The position numbers were made by a program, and so were the translations under genes. A stretch of DNA of 64,000 nt from Candidatus Parcubacteria bacterium (GTDB taxonomy: Bacteria > Patescibacteriota > Minisyncoccia > Minisyncoccales > JAGOPM01). Below, piece after piece: positions 56,142 to 64,000 of the stretch. Positions within the stretch are counted from its first letter, which is position 1. The number at the start of each line of letters is the position of its first letter. Location of the stretch: contig JAGOPM010000001.1 in assembly GCA_017991975.1 (NCBI GenBank), forward strand, positions 463 to 64,462, read 5' to 3'. A model generated the notes under the pieces. The model searched no databases, was not told the origin of the DNA, and saw only the letters and a list, made by a program, of their open reading frames with translations.

Positions 56142-56993
56142 TTAAATTTTTTGGATCACTCTTAATTTTGCGCTACCAGACCTCTTATTTTTTTCTAATT
56201 CCTCCCTTGAGGCGACTAATGGTTTTTTTGTTAAAATTTCTGCCAATCCTTCCTGTTTTAAGTCCCTGAAATAATTTTTTACAATCCTATCTTCTAATGA
56301 ATGAAATGATATGATTGCCAATCTTCCATTCCTTCCTAAAAGCTGAAATGCTTTAGGCATGACTATTTTTAAATTCTCCAATTCTCTGTTAGCCTCAATC
56401 CTCAATGCTTGAAAAATCATAGCTAAACATTTCTTCGTGCAATCAGGCAAAGAATCTTTTAAATCTTTAACAGTTTCTATTCTTTTTATTTTCCTTGATT
56501 CGTATATTTGCTGGGCAAATTTCCTTGCCGACCTCAACTCCCCATAATTTTTAAAAATTTCTTCTAATTCTTCTTTGGTATAATCATTCAAAATATCACT
56601 CGCCTTTTCTTTTCCATTTAAACTGTATCTCATATCAAGTCCCTGATTTTCTTCTTTAAAAGAAAATCCTCTACAAGAATTTTCTAAATCCCATGAAGAT
56701 AATCCCAAATCTATCAAGATTCCATCAATATTTTTCAAATTATGTTTTAAAGCTACCTTGTCGATATTGGCATAATTATCATTCTCCAATATTAATCCTT
56801 CTATCCTTTCTGCTTTTTCTGCCACTTGGCTATCCCATTCTATGCCAATTACTTTTGCTCCTTTCTTCAATATTTCCCTGCTATGACCTCCAAATCCAAA
56901 TGTGCAATCAATAAATATTTTCCCTTTCTCCGGATTTAGCAGCTTTATAGTTTCTTCTAATAACACCGGATAATGATCTTTATATTCCGACAT
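56142..56993 (-). CDS. rsmH: 16S rRNA m4C1402 methyltransferase RsmH
   Basis: HYPVLL, DCTFGFGGHS, FHSLEDRIVK. Confidence 0.93.
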   Translation of the reverse strand: MSEYKDHYPVLLEETIKLLNPEKGKIFIDCTFGFGGHSREILKKGAKVIGIEWDSQVAEKAERIEGLILENDNYANIDKVALKHNLKNIDGILIDLGLSSWDLENSCRGFSFKEENQGLDMRYSLNGKEKASDILNDYTKEELEEIFKNYGELRSARKFAQQIYESRKIKRIETVKDLKDSLPDCTKKCLAMIFQALRIEANRELENLKIVMPKAFQLLGRNGRLAIISFHSLEDRIVKNYFRDLKQEGLAEILTKKPLVASREELEKNKRSGSAKLRVIQKI

Positions 56994-57411
56994 CTTTTAA
57001 TTTCTCGATTGATTCATCCATTTCCTTTTCAACCTTTGCCTTGTATTGGCTCCAGACTTTTGCATCCCAAATTTCTATTCTGTTATACATTCCAATAATA
57101 ACAGCGTCCTTTTCCAAGGAAGCAAACTCCTTTAAATAATCAGGTATTAAAATTCTCCCTATTTTATCAAATTCAACCTCAGAAGCTCCTCCTAAAATAA
57201 TCCTTGCCATCGCCCTTCCTTCTTTCTGACTCAAAGGTAAATTCCCAACTTTCTCTGAAATTACTTTCCATTGTTCTTTTGGATAAATTACCAAACTGCT
57301 CTCTAATCCCTTGGTGATAACCGCTCCATTGCCAAGATCCTTCCTGAATTTGGAAGGTATAGACATTCTTCTCTTTTCATCAATTGTGTGTTGATATTCT
57401 CCTATAAACAT
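56980..57411 (-). CDS. mraZ: transcriptional regulator MraZ
   Basis: Two SpoVT/AbrB-like repeats (DEKRRMSIPSKFR and DKIGRILIPDYL). Confidence 0.93.
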   Translation of the reverse strand: MFIGEYQHTIDEKRRMSIPSKFRKDLGNGAVITKGLESSLVIYPKEQWKVISEKVGNLPLSQKEGRAMARIILGGASEVEFDKIGRILIPDYLKEFASLEKDAVIIGMYNRIEIWDAKVWSQYKAKVEKEMDESIEKLKDVGI

Positions 57412-57416
57412 AAGTT

Positions 57417-57465
57417 ATCCACAGTTTTTGACTTTTTTCACACATTTTTCCACAATTTCCCACTC
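57417..57465 (-). promoter_or_regulatory. array of 5 phased direct repeats (candidate MraZ operator)
   Basis: Minus strand reads GTGGGAAATT GTGGAAAAAT GTGTGAAAAAA GTCAAAAACT GTGGATAACT with a 10-11 bp period. It lies between the predicted TSS and the mraZ ATG. Confidence 0.6.
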
Positions 57466-57473
57466 ATTAACTC

Positions 57474-57502
57474 ATAATATCCATTTTCCCCCACTGTGTC
57501 AA
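57474..57502 (-). promoter_or_regulatory. dcw (mraZ) promoter
   Basis: Minus strand reads TTGACA, 17-nt spacer, TATTAT. Confidence 0.65.
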
Positions 57503-57540
57503 ACTGTGAATAAAAAGATATTCACACCCTATCGAACAAT

Positions 57541-57571
57541 AAAAAAACCGCTTATTTATAAGCGGTTTTTA
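57541..57571. terminator. bidirectional terminator
   Basis: AAAAAAACCGCTTA-TTTA-TAAGCGGTTTTT. Confidence 0.8.
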
Positions 57572-57578
57572 AAAAGAG

Positions 57579-57974
57579 CTAACCAATACTTTGTGCTTGG
57601 CTATTATTAGTACTAAATAAAGAATTTTCTTCTGTCTTACTTATATATTTCTCGATATTTGGACAAATATCCAATACTGCCTTCCTAATATCAGAATTGC
57701 CATTTTCATACAATTCGGCAAAATCATACATCCCAAAATCTGATTTATAAATTTCCAATATTATTTTTAAATCTTCATATCTTATTTTCTTTATACTGCT
57801 GCCAAGATTAATTGCCATTTTCAATTGAGAAATGAGAGCTGTTCTCATATTATCAATTACTGCCTGAATAATTTTTTCAGTACCTGGATTCGCTGACAAA
57901 ATTCCAAACAATTCTTCAATTTTTTTTAAAAGATCTTCAATTCTTTTTTGGCTTTTATTATTTTTCTGACACAT
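57579..57974 (-). CDS. hypothetical helical protein (131 aa)
   Basis: AAAGGAGG RBS. No family recognised. Confidence 0.6.
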   Translation of the reverse strand: MCQKNNKSQKRIEDLLKKIEELFGILSANPGTEKIIQAVIDNMRTALISQLKMAINLGSSIKKIRYEDLKIILEIYKSDFGMYDFAELYENGNSDIRKAVLDICPNIEKYISKTEENSLFSTNNSQAQSIG

Positions 57975-58028
57975 TTTAAAAGCCTCCTTTCATCATTATT
58001 GATTGCATAAAAATAATGCCATGTCAAA

Positions 58029-58064
58029 TAAAAAGCCATTATCGCAAAAAATATGGCTTTTTAT
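58029..58064 (-). terminator. terminator after pyrG
   Basis: AAAAGCCAT-loop-ATGGCTTTT with flanking A- and T-runs. Confidence 0.7.
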
Positions 58065-58083
58065 TTGAAAATATATTTCTATT

Positions 58084-59709
58084 TTATTTTTTATTAGATA
58101 TGCCAGCTTTTATCAATCCATTAAAAAGAGGATGACCAACTACAGGAGCAGATTTGAATTCTGGGTGAAATTGGCAAGCAACGAAAAATGGATGGTCTTT
58201 TAATTCAATTATTTCTACGAGATTCCTTTTAGGATTTATTCCTGAAAAAATCAATCCTTTCTTGGCGAGCTGATCTCTATAATCATTATTAAACTCATAT
58301 CTATGTCTATGACGTTCTGAAATCATTTCTGATTTGTAACATTCAAAAGCTTTCGTGCCTTTTTCTATCTTGCAATCATAAGCGCCTAAACGCATGCTTC
58401 CACCCATATTCTTTTTTTTCAAATTCTCAGCCTGCTCCTGCATTATATGTATTACAGGATGAGGAGTTTTTTGGTTCATTTCTGTTGAATTCGCATCTTT
58501 CAAACCGCAAACATTCCTTGAGAATTCTACTGTCATTAATTGCATTCCAAGACATAATCCCAAAAGAGGAATTTTTTTCTTCCTGCAGTATTCTATAGCT
58601 CTTATCTTGCCTTCTATCCCTCTCAAACCAAATCCTCCTGGTACTATAATCGCATCAAAATTATCCAATTCTTTTAAATTTTTAGGATCTTCCTCATAAC
58701 TTTCAGCATTAAGCCATTGTATAGAAGGATTGCGATTATTAGCCCAAGCCGCATGTTTTACTGCTTCTATCACAGATATATAAGAATCCAATAATGTAAA
58801 TTTCCCCGAAACAAAATATTTTCCGACTATACCGATTTTTACATCTTGTTTAGCATTTTCCATTACATCTATCATTCTTCTCCAATCATGCATGTCCTTT
58901 TTAGTGCTTCTCATGCCAAAACACTTTAAAATTTTATTTCCCAGTTCTTCATCTTCAAAATTTACCGGTACTTTGTAAATTGATTTTATATCAGGAGCTG
59001 AAATAGTATGTTCGGCATCAACATTGCAAAATGTCGCTATTTTTTGTTTTCTTAAATCATCTAAAGGATATTCTGCTCTTGCTATGATAAAATCAGGCTG
59101 GATACCTACAGAATTCAAAGCTCTCACGGCATATTGAGTAGGTTTTGTTTTCATTTCTCCTAACATTCTTGGGACTGGAAGAAAACTCACTAAAACAAAA
59201 ATTACCTCTTTAGGTTTTTTAAAATTTAATATCCTAGCTGCTTCCAAAAATAAAGAATTCTGAAATTCTCCGACCGTACCCCCAATTTCAGTTATAACAA
59301 AATCTGATTTTGTCTTTTTTCCAGCTCTTTCTACTCTATCTATAATCTCTTGAGTGATATGGGGCACAGATTCAACGCATTTTCCTCCATATTCAAGATT
59401 CCTTTCTTTCTCTATTACCGTTTTATAGACTTGACCGGCTGTCATATAATTGTAAGAAAACATATCTTGGCCGGTAAACCTTTCATAATTTCCTATATCC
59501 TGATCGCATTCCAAGCCGTCCTCTGTCACAAAAACCTCACCATGCTCTATAGGATTCATCGTTCCAGCATCTACGTTGAGATAAGGATCTATTTTTATAT
59601 TCGTCACGCTGTATCCTTTTGATTGCAATATTTTTCCAATTGAAGCGGCTGTTATGCCTTTTCCAATTCCAGACATAACTCCTCCGCATACGAATATGTA
59701 TTTGGACAT
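58084..59709 (-). CDS. pyrG: CTP synthase
   Basis: MSKYIFVCGGVMSGIGKG start, GATase GLCLGMQ, HRHRYEFN. I use ATG 59709; the track start is 8 codons upstream. Confidence 0.95.
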   Translation of the reverse strand: MSKYIFVCGGVMSGIGKGITAASIGKILQSKGYSVTNIKIDPYLNVDAGTMNPIEHGEVFVTEDGLECDQDIGNYERFTGQDMFSYNYMTAGQVYKTVIEKERNLEYGGKCVESVPHITQEIIDRVERAGKKTKSDFVITEIGGTVGEFQNSLFLEAARILNFKKPKEVIFVLVSFLPVPRMLGEMKTKPTQYAVRALNSVGIQPDFIIARAEYPLDDLRKQKIATFCNVDAEHTISAPDIKSIYKVPVNFEDEELGNKILKCFGMRSTKKDMHDWRRMIDVMENAKQDVKIGIVGKYFVSGKFTLLDSYISVIEAVKHAAWANNRNPSIQWLNAESYEEDPKNLKELDNFDAIIVPGGFGLRGIEGKIRAIEYCRKKKIPLLGLCLGMQLMTVEFSRNVCGLKDANSTEMNQKTPHPVIHIMQEQAENLKKKNMGGSMRLGAYDCKIEKGTKAFECYKSEMISERHRHRYEFNNDYRDQLAKKGLIFSGINPKRNLVEIIELKDHPFFVACQFHPEFKSAPVVGHPLFNGLIKAGISNKK

Positions 59710-59821
59710 AAAATTTTTTTTAATACTAATCATCTAATTTTAACAATTTTTTAGAAACTTTCAAAATTCTAAAAAAACCAACTATTTTATGATTGTAAAT
59801 ATAGAAAATCAATCTTAGACA

Positions 59822-59850
59822 TTGCAACTTTTGCACTCTTGTCTTATTAT
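59822..59850 (+). promoter_or_regulatory. sigma70-type promoter
   Basis: TTGCAA, 17-nt spacer, TATTAT. About a 9-nt leader without an SD before ATG 59866. Confidence 0.5.
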
Positions 59851-59865
59851 ATTATATAGAAATAT

Positions 59866-61533
59866 ATGAAGGTTTTTGAATTTCATTTTAATAGCCAGCA
59901 AAAAGGCCAAAATGTTTTTGATAGTTTCATTTTTGACCCGGAAGACAATTCTCAAGAACCCTTGGGAAGCATCATAATCGCAGGTCAAATAGATAATGCC
60001 CTTCCTCAGAGCTATGATTTATTAAAAAATTTGGCTGAAATAATCAAAGAAGAACATTACAAGAGTTCTAATGTATCTCCAAAAATAGCTTTCAAGAAAT
60101 CTTTAGTGAAAGCAAATTCGTTTTTGAAAAATTTAGTCAAGGAAGGAAATGTCAACTGGCTCGGAAATTTCAATTTTGCCGCAATAAATATAAATCAAGA
60201 TTTAATAAGTTTCGTTAAGGTCGGGAATATAAAAATACTGCTCATTCGCGATAATGAAACATATGACATCAGCGATAATCTTGAATATCAAGGCTCTGAT
60301 GGAATTGGATCATATTTCCTGAATGTTGCGCTGGGGAAACTAAGTCCCGACGACAGATTAATTATCGCTAATTCCGAACTTTATGATTCGATATCTGACA
60401 ACGAATTGTTAAAAGACATAATCAATGAAAATGATTGGTCTCAAAAAAAACTCTCAGAATTATTTAAAAACTCGAAAGATGATTTGAAAGAAACCAAAGG
60501 AATGGCCCTATTAATAACAATGCAGCTAAAAGATGCGAAAAGGCCGAATTTTAGTTTTTCATTCCCTAAAATAACAATACCAAAAATAAAAAAACCAAAT
60601 ATGGACCTGCCAAATTTCAATTTCACATCAAAAAAGATTGCCATATTCGCGTTCTTTACATTGATAATCGCTGGAGGTATATTTTTAGCTTTTAAATTCG
60701 GACTCAATAAAGAAAAAACGCAAACTGCCACAGTTTCCCAAGAGCAGACAACACAAAATCAAGGAAGTCAAACACAAGTCGCTCAGACAGATGCGCCAGT
60801 GCTTCCTGAACCAAAAATCCCCGCATTTTTCAATATGGGAGATTTAAACTATTCCCCTACAAAAATAGCTGCTACCAACAGCGCCATCTACTTGTTCAAT
60901 AATACCACTGAATTTTATAGGATAAACACAAAAGATCTGAAATCAGTGAAAGATACCAGCGAACAAAATCTTGAAATGCTTGCATTAGGAGAAAATTCAA
61001 TTTTTTTCTTTTCTCCAACAAGCACCATATCTGAATATGATATGTCTAAAGATGTATTAGGATATCAACAGATAAAACTTTCAGAAAATATTAAAATAAG
61101 CGATTTAATCTATTACAATAACAAACTTTATTTCTTAGATTCGGAAAATGGGATAATCTATAAAAAATCAAAAGACAAAATAGAAGAATCTCTAAAAGAT
61201 CAAAGAATTGTCGGAGCAAAATCAATCGCTATAGATGGAAATATCTGGATTTTAACCCAGGGTAATAAAATAGATAAATATTTTTCAGGAAAATTTATTG
61301 AAAGCATTATGATTTCAGGAGCAGTTAATGCTAAAAAAATCTGGACTCAAAGAGGCAATGATAATATCTATGTTTTAGATCCTGAAGGAACACAAATCCT
61401 GGTAATCGATAAAAAAGGAAATATTGTAAAAACACATCAAGATCCTGCTTGGATAAATATTAAAGATTTTGCAGTCAATGAAAAAGGATTGATTTATCTG
61501 ATAGACAATCAAAAAATTTACGAATTGCAATAA
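59866..61533 (+). CDS. bitopic protein: cytoplasmic N-domain, one TM, extracytoplasmic beta-propeller-like repeats (555 aa)
   Basis: TM helix IAIFAFFTLIIAGGIFLAF at mid-protein. The C-terminal half has repeated (I/L)Y(L/F)(L/I)D..(G).I(Y/D)K blades. The N-domain is only vaguely PP2C-like. Confidence 0.7.
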   Translation: MKVFEFHFNSQQKGQNVFDSFIFDPEDNSQEPLGSIIIAGQIDNALPQSYDLLKNLAEIIKEEHYKSSNVSPKIAFKKSLVKANSFLKNLVKEGNVNWLGNFNFAAININQDLISFVKVGNIKILLIRDNETYDISDNLEYQGSDGIGSYFLNVALGKLSPDDRLIIANSELYDSISDNELLKDIINENDWSQKKLSELFKNSKDDLKETKGMALLITMQLKDAKRPNFSFSFPKITIPKIKKPNMDLPNFNFTSKKIAIFAFFTLIIAGGIFLAFKFGLNKEKTQTATVSQEQTTQNQGSQTQVAQTDAPVLPEPKIPAFFNMGDLNYSPTKIAATNSAIYLFNNTTEFYRINTKDLKSVKDTSEQNLEMLALGENSIFFFSPTSTISEYDMSKDVLGYQQIKLSENIKISDLIYYNNKLYFLDSENGIIYKKSKDKIEESLKDQRIVGAKSIAIDGNIWILTQGNKIDKYFSGKFIESIMISGAVNAKKIWTQRGNDNIYVLDPEGTQILVIDKKGNIVKTHQDPAWINIKDFAVNEKGLIYLIDNQKIYELQ

Positions 61534-61568
61534 AAATTTTTAGAAACTATTTCCTGATTTTTGAAAAT

Positions 61569-61598
61569 AAAAAGCCGCTCTTATAGAGCGGCTTTTTA
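61569..61598. terminator. bidirectional terminator
   Basis: GCCGCTCT-TAT-AGAGCGGC between an A-run and a T-run. Confidence 0.8.
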
Positions 61599-61614
61599 TT
61601 AGAAATAATAAAGA

Positions 61615-62016
61615 TTATTTCAATTCAACTTTTGCTCCTGCTGCTTCGAAGGCCTTTTTCATTGCTTCTGCATCTTCTTTTTTAACATTTTCAGCAATAA
61701 CCTGAGGTCCTTTATCTGCTGCATCAACTAAATCTTTAGCTTCTTTCAAGCCTTTTTGAGTTATATCTCTAACGGCTTTGATAACTTCGATTTTCTTGTC
61801 TCCTGCTGCTGCCAATACAACTGTGAATTCTGATTTTTCTTCAGCTGCTGCAGCGCCTCCTGCCGGAGCTGCTCCACCGACAAATGTTGGAGTAGCTGAA
61901 ACGCCAAACTTCTGTTCCAAAGTTTTGACTAATTCAGCTAATTCGATAACTGTCATTTTTTCAACTTTTTCAACTATGTCCTTGAATTTTTCAGGGACTG
62001 TAAATTCATCTGCCAT
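61615..62016 (-). CDS. rplL: ribosomal protein L7/L12
   Basis: Ala/Gly hinge [16 protein letters not shown] and KIEVIKAVR...GLKEAKDLV. Confidence 0.95.
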   Translation of the reverse strand: MADEFTVPEKFKDIVEKVEKMTVIELAELVKTLEQKFGVSATPTFVGGAAPAGGAAAAEEKSEFTVVLAAAGDKKIEVIKAVRDITQKGLKEAKDLVDAADKGPQVIAENVKKEDAEAMKKAFEAAGAKVELK

Positions 62017-62101
62017 ATTATTTATTTCTTTTTACCTCTTTAGAAGCGATCATGCATCTTTTGAGGCAATTTAATTATTTAATAGTCGCATCAGCTGTTT
62101 T

Positions 62102-62611
62102 TTATGCAGCAGATGTCGATTGCTTTTCTTTAATTGCGTTAATCACTCTCGCAAAACTTGCAGCAGTATCATTCAATACATAAGCAAGTTTAGCATATAA
62201 CTCGTCTCTTGAAGGAATTGAGGCGTACGCGATGACATCCTGGACGGTTAATTTATTTAATTTCCCATCTTCGATATAACATCCTCCTAAAATTTTTATT
62301 TTCTCTGTTTTCGCTACATTATATATTTCTTTTGTAGGAAGAAAAGCGTCTTTTAAAGAGAAAATTATGCCTAACTGCCCTTGCAACGGTTTCAAATCGA
62401 AATCAATTTTCTTTTCTTTGAAAGCGATTGTTGCGAGTGTCTTTTTAGCTACATAGAGCTTGGCATCATTTTTTCTTAATTCTTTACGGAATGTACTTAC
62501 ATCGTTACTTGTCATTCCCTTATAATCGATAAAATACATCGATTTCTGAGAATCAATAGCTTCTTTAAGATCTTGGAGTATTTGCGTTTTCTGTTCTTTT
62601 GTTTTTGCCAT
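62102..62611 (-). CDS. rplJ: ribosomal protein L10
   Basis: MAKTKEQK..., 169 aa, directly upstream of rplL. Confidence 0.93.
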   Translation of the reverse strand: MAKTKEQKTQILQDLKEAIDSQKSMYFIDYKGMTSNDVSTFRKELRKNDAKLYVAKKTLATIAFKEKKIDFDLKPLQGQLGIIFSLKDAFLPTKEIYNVAKTEKIKILGGCYIEDGKLNKLTVQDVIAYASIPSRDELYAKLAYVLNDTAASFARVINAIKEKQSTSAA

Positions 62612-62806
62612 GATTTAACATGATTATTTCTTACTCCCTGTATATTATCATACAGGGTTTTATTTTTATAATCTGTTTATAAAAATAAAAAATGCCTGAC
62701 ACCGCAGACATCGACCAAAAAGCTTAAAAACAGCTTTGTACCTCGATAGGATTTACTCTTAGGCGCGAACCTTCAAAACCTATTGTCTGTGGTGAAATAA
62801 ATTGTA
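62612..62806 (-). ncRNA. structured rplJ 5' leader (candidate L10 autoregulatory leader)
   Basis: Unusually GC-rich for this DNA. Long-range helix CACCACAGACA/TGTCTGCGGTG (62700-62710 with 62784-62794) encloses the ATAGG/CCTAT and AAAGCT/AGCTTT stems. A further 8-bp hairpin lies at 62635-62658. Confidence 0.5.
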
Positions 62807-62837
62807 TTTATTAAAATAGCAGATAAAAAGAAAAAAG

Positions 62838-63374
62838 TCAATCCCCTAAAGCCTTAACTATTGCTAAAGCAAAAGCCTGGGCAGATCCAGGGCCGTCAGC
62901 TGTTATTATCTTTCCGTCTATAACAACATTTTCCGGCTGATACAAAGCTTTTTGATCTTGCAATATCCTAATTGCCGATTTATCCATCAGAGACGACCAT
63001 ACAGTCGCTTTTACCCCTTTTAGCACTCCTGCCTTAGCTAAAATTGTCGGGCCGATGCATATTCCAGCTAAAATTTTTCTTTCAATAACAGCATCTTGAG
63101 CTATTTTATGGGCTAAGGGATTATTTATATATCCAGCAGCTCCTATCCCTCCAACAAATATTATTGCATCATAGTCTTTAACTTTTACCTGCTCTAAAAT
63201 TATATCAACATCTTCCTCCCCGCCTTCAACTCCTATGGCAGTTCCCTGTTTTGAACTAGCGCAAAAAGTCGTTATCCCGGCTTTATTTAAAATTTCTTTT
63301 GGAATGAAATATTCTGGATCTCGAAAATCCTTGAATGCAATGATAAAAACCGCTTTTTTTGGTTTTTTATCCAT
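62838..63374 (-). CDS. DJ-1/PfpI-family protein
   Basis: Nucleophile elbow AGICIGPTILA; 178 aa. Confidence 0.88.
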   Translation of the reverse strand: MDKKPKKAVFIIAFKDFRDPEYFIPKEILNKAGITTFCASSKQGTAIGVEGGEEDVDIILEQVKVKDYDAIIFVGGIGAAGYINNPLAHKIAQDAVIERKILAGICIGPTILAKAGVLKGVKATVWSSLMDKSAIRILQDQKALYQPENVVIDGKIITADGPGSAQAFALAIVKALGD

Positions 63375-64000
63375 TAATTTAATTTAGAAAATTTTTTGTC
63401 TAAATAATCTATTATTTGTCCAGTAATAACAGGACCCCAAGGCAAACCTTCTGTAAAAGATGCTAAAGAACAGATAGTTATATTTTTTTTCTGCCCTTCT
63501 GTTGGTAAAAAGTATCTCTTTTCTCCTACATAAGCAAAAGCTAAATTTCCAATTGTAAAATCTGGATATTTTGGTTGAGCCATTTTTATATCAGAAAGCG
63601 AGTCTCCAAAAGCGATGCAGTTATCTTCAATTTCCTTTTTATCTATATTAAATTCTTTTGCCCATTGAGATATCGCATACCCACAAGCATCATCTTTATC
63701 CCAGAAAGTTCCATCTCTCAGTTTTAAAGTAATATCAATAAAAGTCGGTCCCTTTATCGGATATACAAAATCACATTTTATTTCTTTCAAGAATTCTAAA
63801 AAATCTTCAAACATTTTCTGATGTCCTATTTCCTCAATTTCATAATGATCTGATTTAGGAACAGCAAAATTGAGCATCACATCTTTTTCTCTAAATTCTG
63901 GAATTACCGGATTCCATCTTTTTTGATTTTCCTTATCCATGAAAAAATCATAAACTTTCTGTCTAAAATCTTTATCGCGGATAGGATGATTTAAAAATTC
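63374..64000 (-). CDS. HAD-like hydrolase family protein, 5' end outside the window
   Basis: FGDSLSDIKM resembles HAD motif IV. The frame stays open upstream of the track's Met (63940) to the window edge (EFLNHPIRDKDFRQKVYDFF-MDK...). Confidence 0.55.
   Translation of the reverse strand, partial: EFLNHPIRDKDFRQKVYDFFMDKENQKRWNPVIPEFREKDVMLNFAVPKSDHYEIEEIGHQKMFEDFLEFLKEIKCDFVYPIKGPTFIDITLKLRDGTFWDKDDACGYAISQWAKEFNIDKKEIEDNCIAFGDSLSDIKMAQPKYPDFTIGNLAFAYVGEKRYFLPTEGQKKNITICSLASFTEGLPWGPVITGQIIDYLDKKFSKLN

Noticed and set aside
57415-57463. Cluster of DnaA-box-like sequences (perfect TTATCCACA at 57415-57423, TTTTCCACA at 57446-57454) that could indicate oriC.
   Set aside because: All copies share one orientation, have a strict 10-11 bp phase and lie in the 5' UTR of mraZ. 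No dnaA/dnaN or AT-rich unwinding element is adjacent. The candidate dif site lies only 55 kb away. An MraZ operator is the simpler reading.
1-64000. Alternative genetic code (UGA recoded, as in some CPR lineages).
   Set aside because: Full-length conserved proteins are obtained with the standard code. TGA also serves as a genuine stop in 4-nt overlaps, for example the murG stop at 4176-4178 and the ORF stop at 29863-29865.
1-64000. CRISPR arrays, rRNA genes, transposases and IS elements.
   Set aside because: Reading the intergenic regions showed no regularly spaced repeats. The only tandem repeat noticed is the 2-copy ATAGCACATT at 42701-42728. No rRNA-like or transposase-like sequences were seen.

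Overview
AT-rich (about 30% GC by eye), very gene-dense bacterial fragment with about 65 protein genes and 2 tRNAs. I saw no rRNA, CRISPR array or transposase. Most genes lie on the minus strand in long operons, often with 4-nt start/stop overlaps. Content is mainly housekeeping. (1) The dcw cell-wall/division cluster is split in two: mraZ-rsmH-ftsL-ftsI plus a degenerate Mur-ligase stub at 53.4-57.4 kb, and mraY-[PP-loop ORF]-murD-ftsW-murG at 4.2-10 kb. The second half is fused into one operon with valS, trpS, aspS and gltX. (2) A fermentative carbon/energy block: ferredoxin, PfkB kinase, PEP synthase, two-subunit ADP-forming acetyl-CoA synthetase, GAPDH, enolase, GalU. (3) ftsZ sits downstream of a DNA-repair operon: UvrD-nuclease fusion, PD-(D/E)XK nuclease, endonuclease Q-like PHP protein, plus a CDP-archaeol-synthase-like gene. 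(4) Replication and translation genes: dnaX, dnaB, obg, cysS, pyrG, rplU, rplJL, tRNA-Gln(UUG), tRNA-Glu(CUC). Several enzymes are of archaeal type (AspRS, ACD, CarS-like, EndoQ-like). Together with the small gene sizes and low GC, this suggests a Patescibacteria/CPR-like organism; that is inference, not proof. The standard genetic code fits, because TGA is used as a stop. Items most worth follow-up are listed here. A stand-alone NrdD glycyl-radical domain lies next to a Fur-family regulator. A PP-loop ORF sits between mraY and murD and may be MurL-like. An A_AAA_AAG -1 frameshift site joins two coding frames. A 28-bp dif-like site lies next to the Xer recombinase at a point of convergent transcription. 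A terminator-containing leader precedes cysS. A phased direct-repeat operator array precedes mraZ. A palindromic operator controls an orphan three-gene small-protein operon. All functional calls come from motif recognition by eye; no database search was run.
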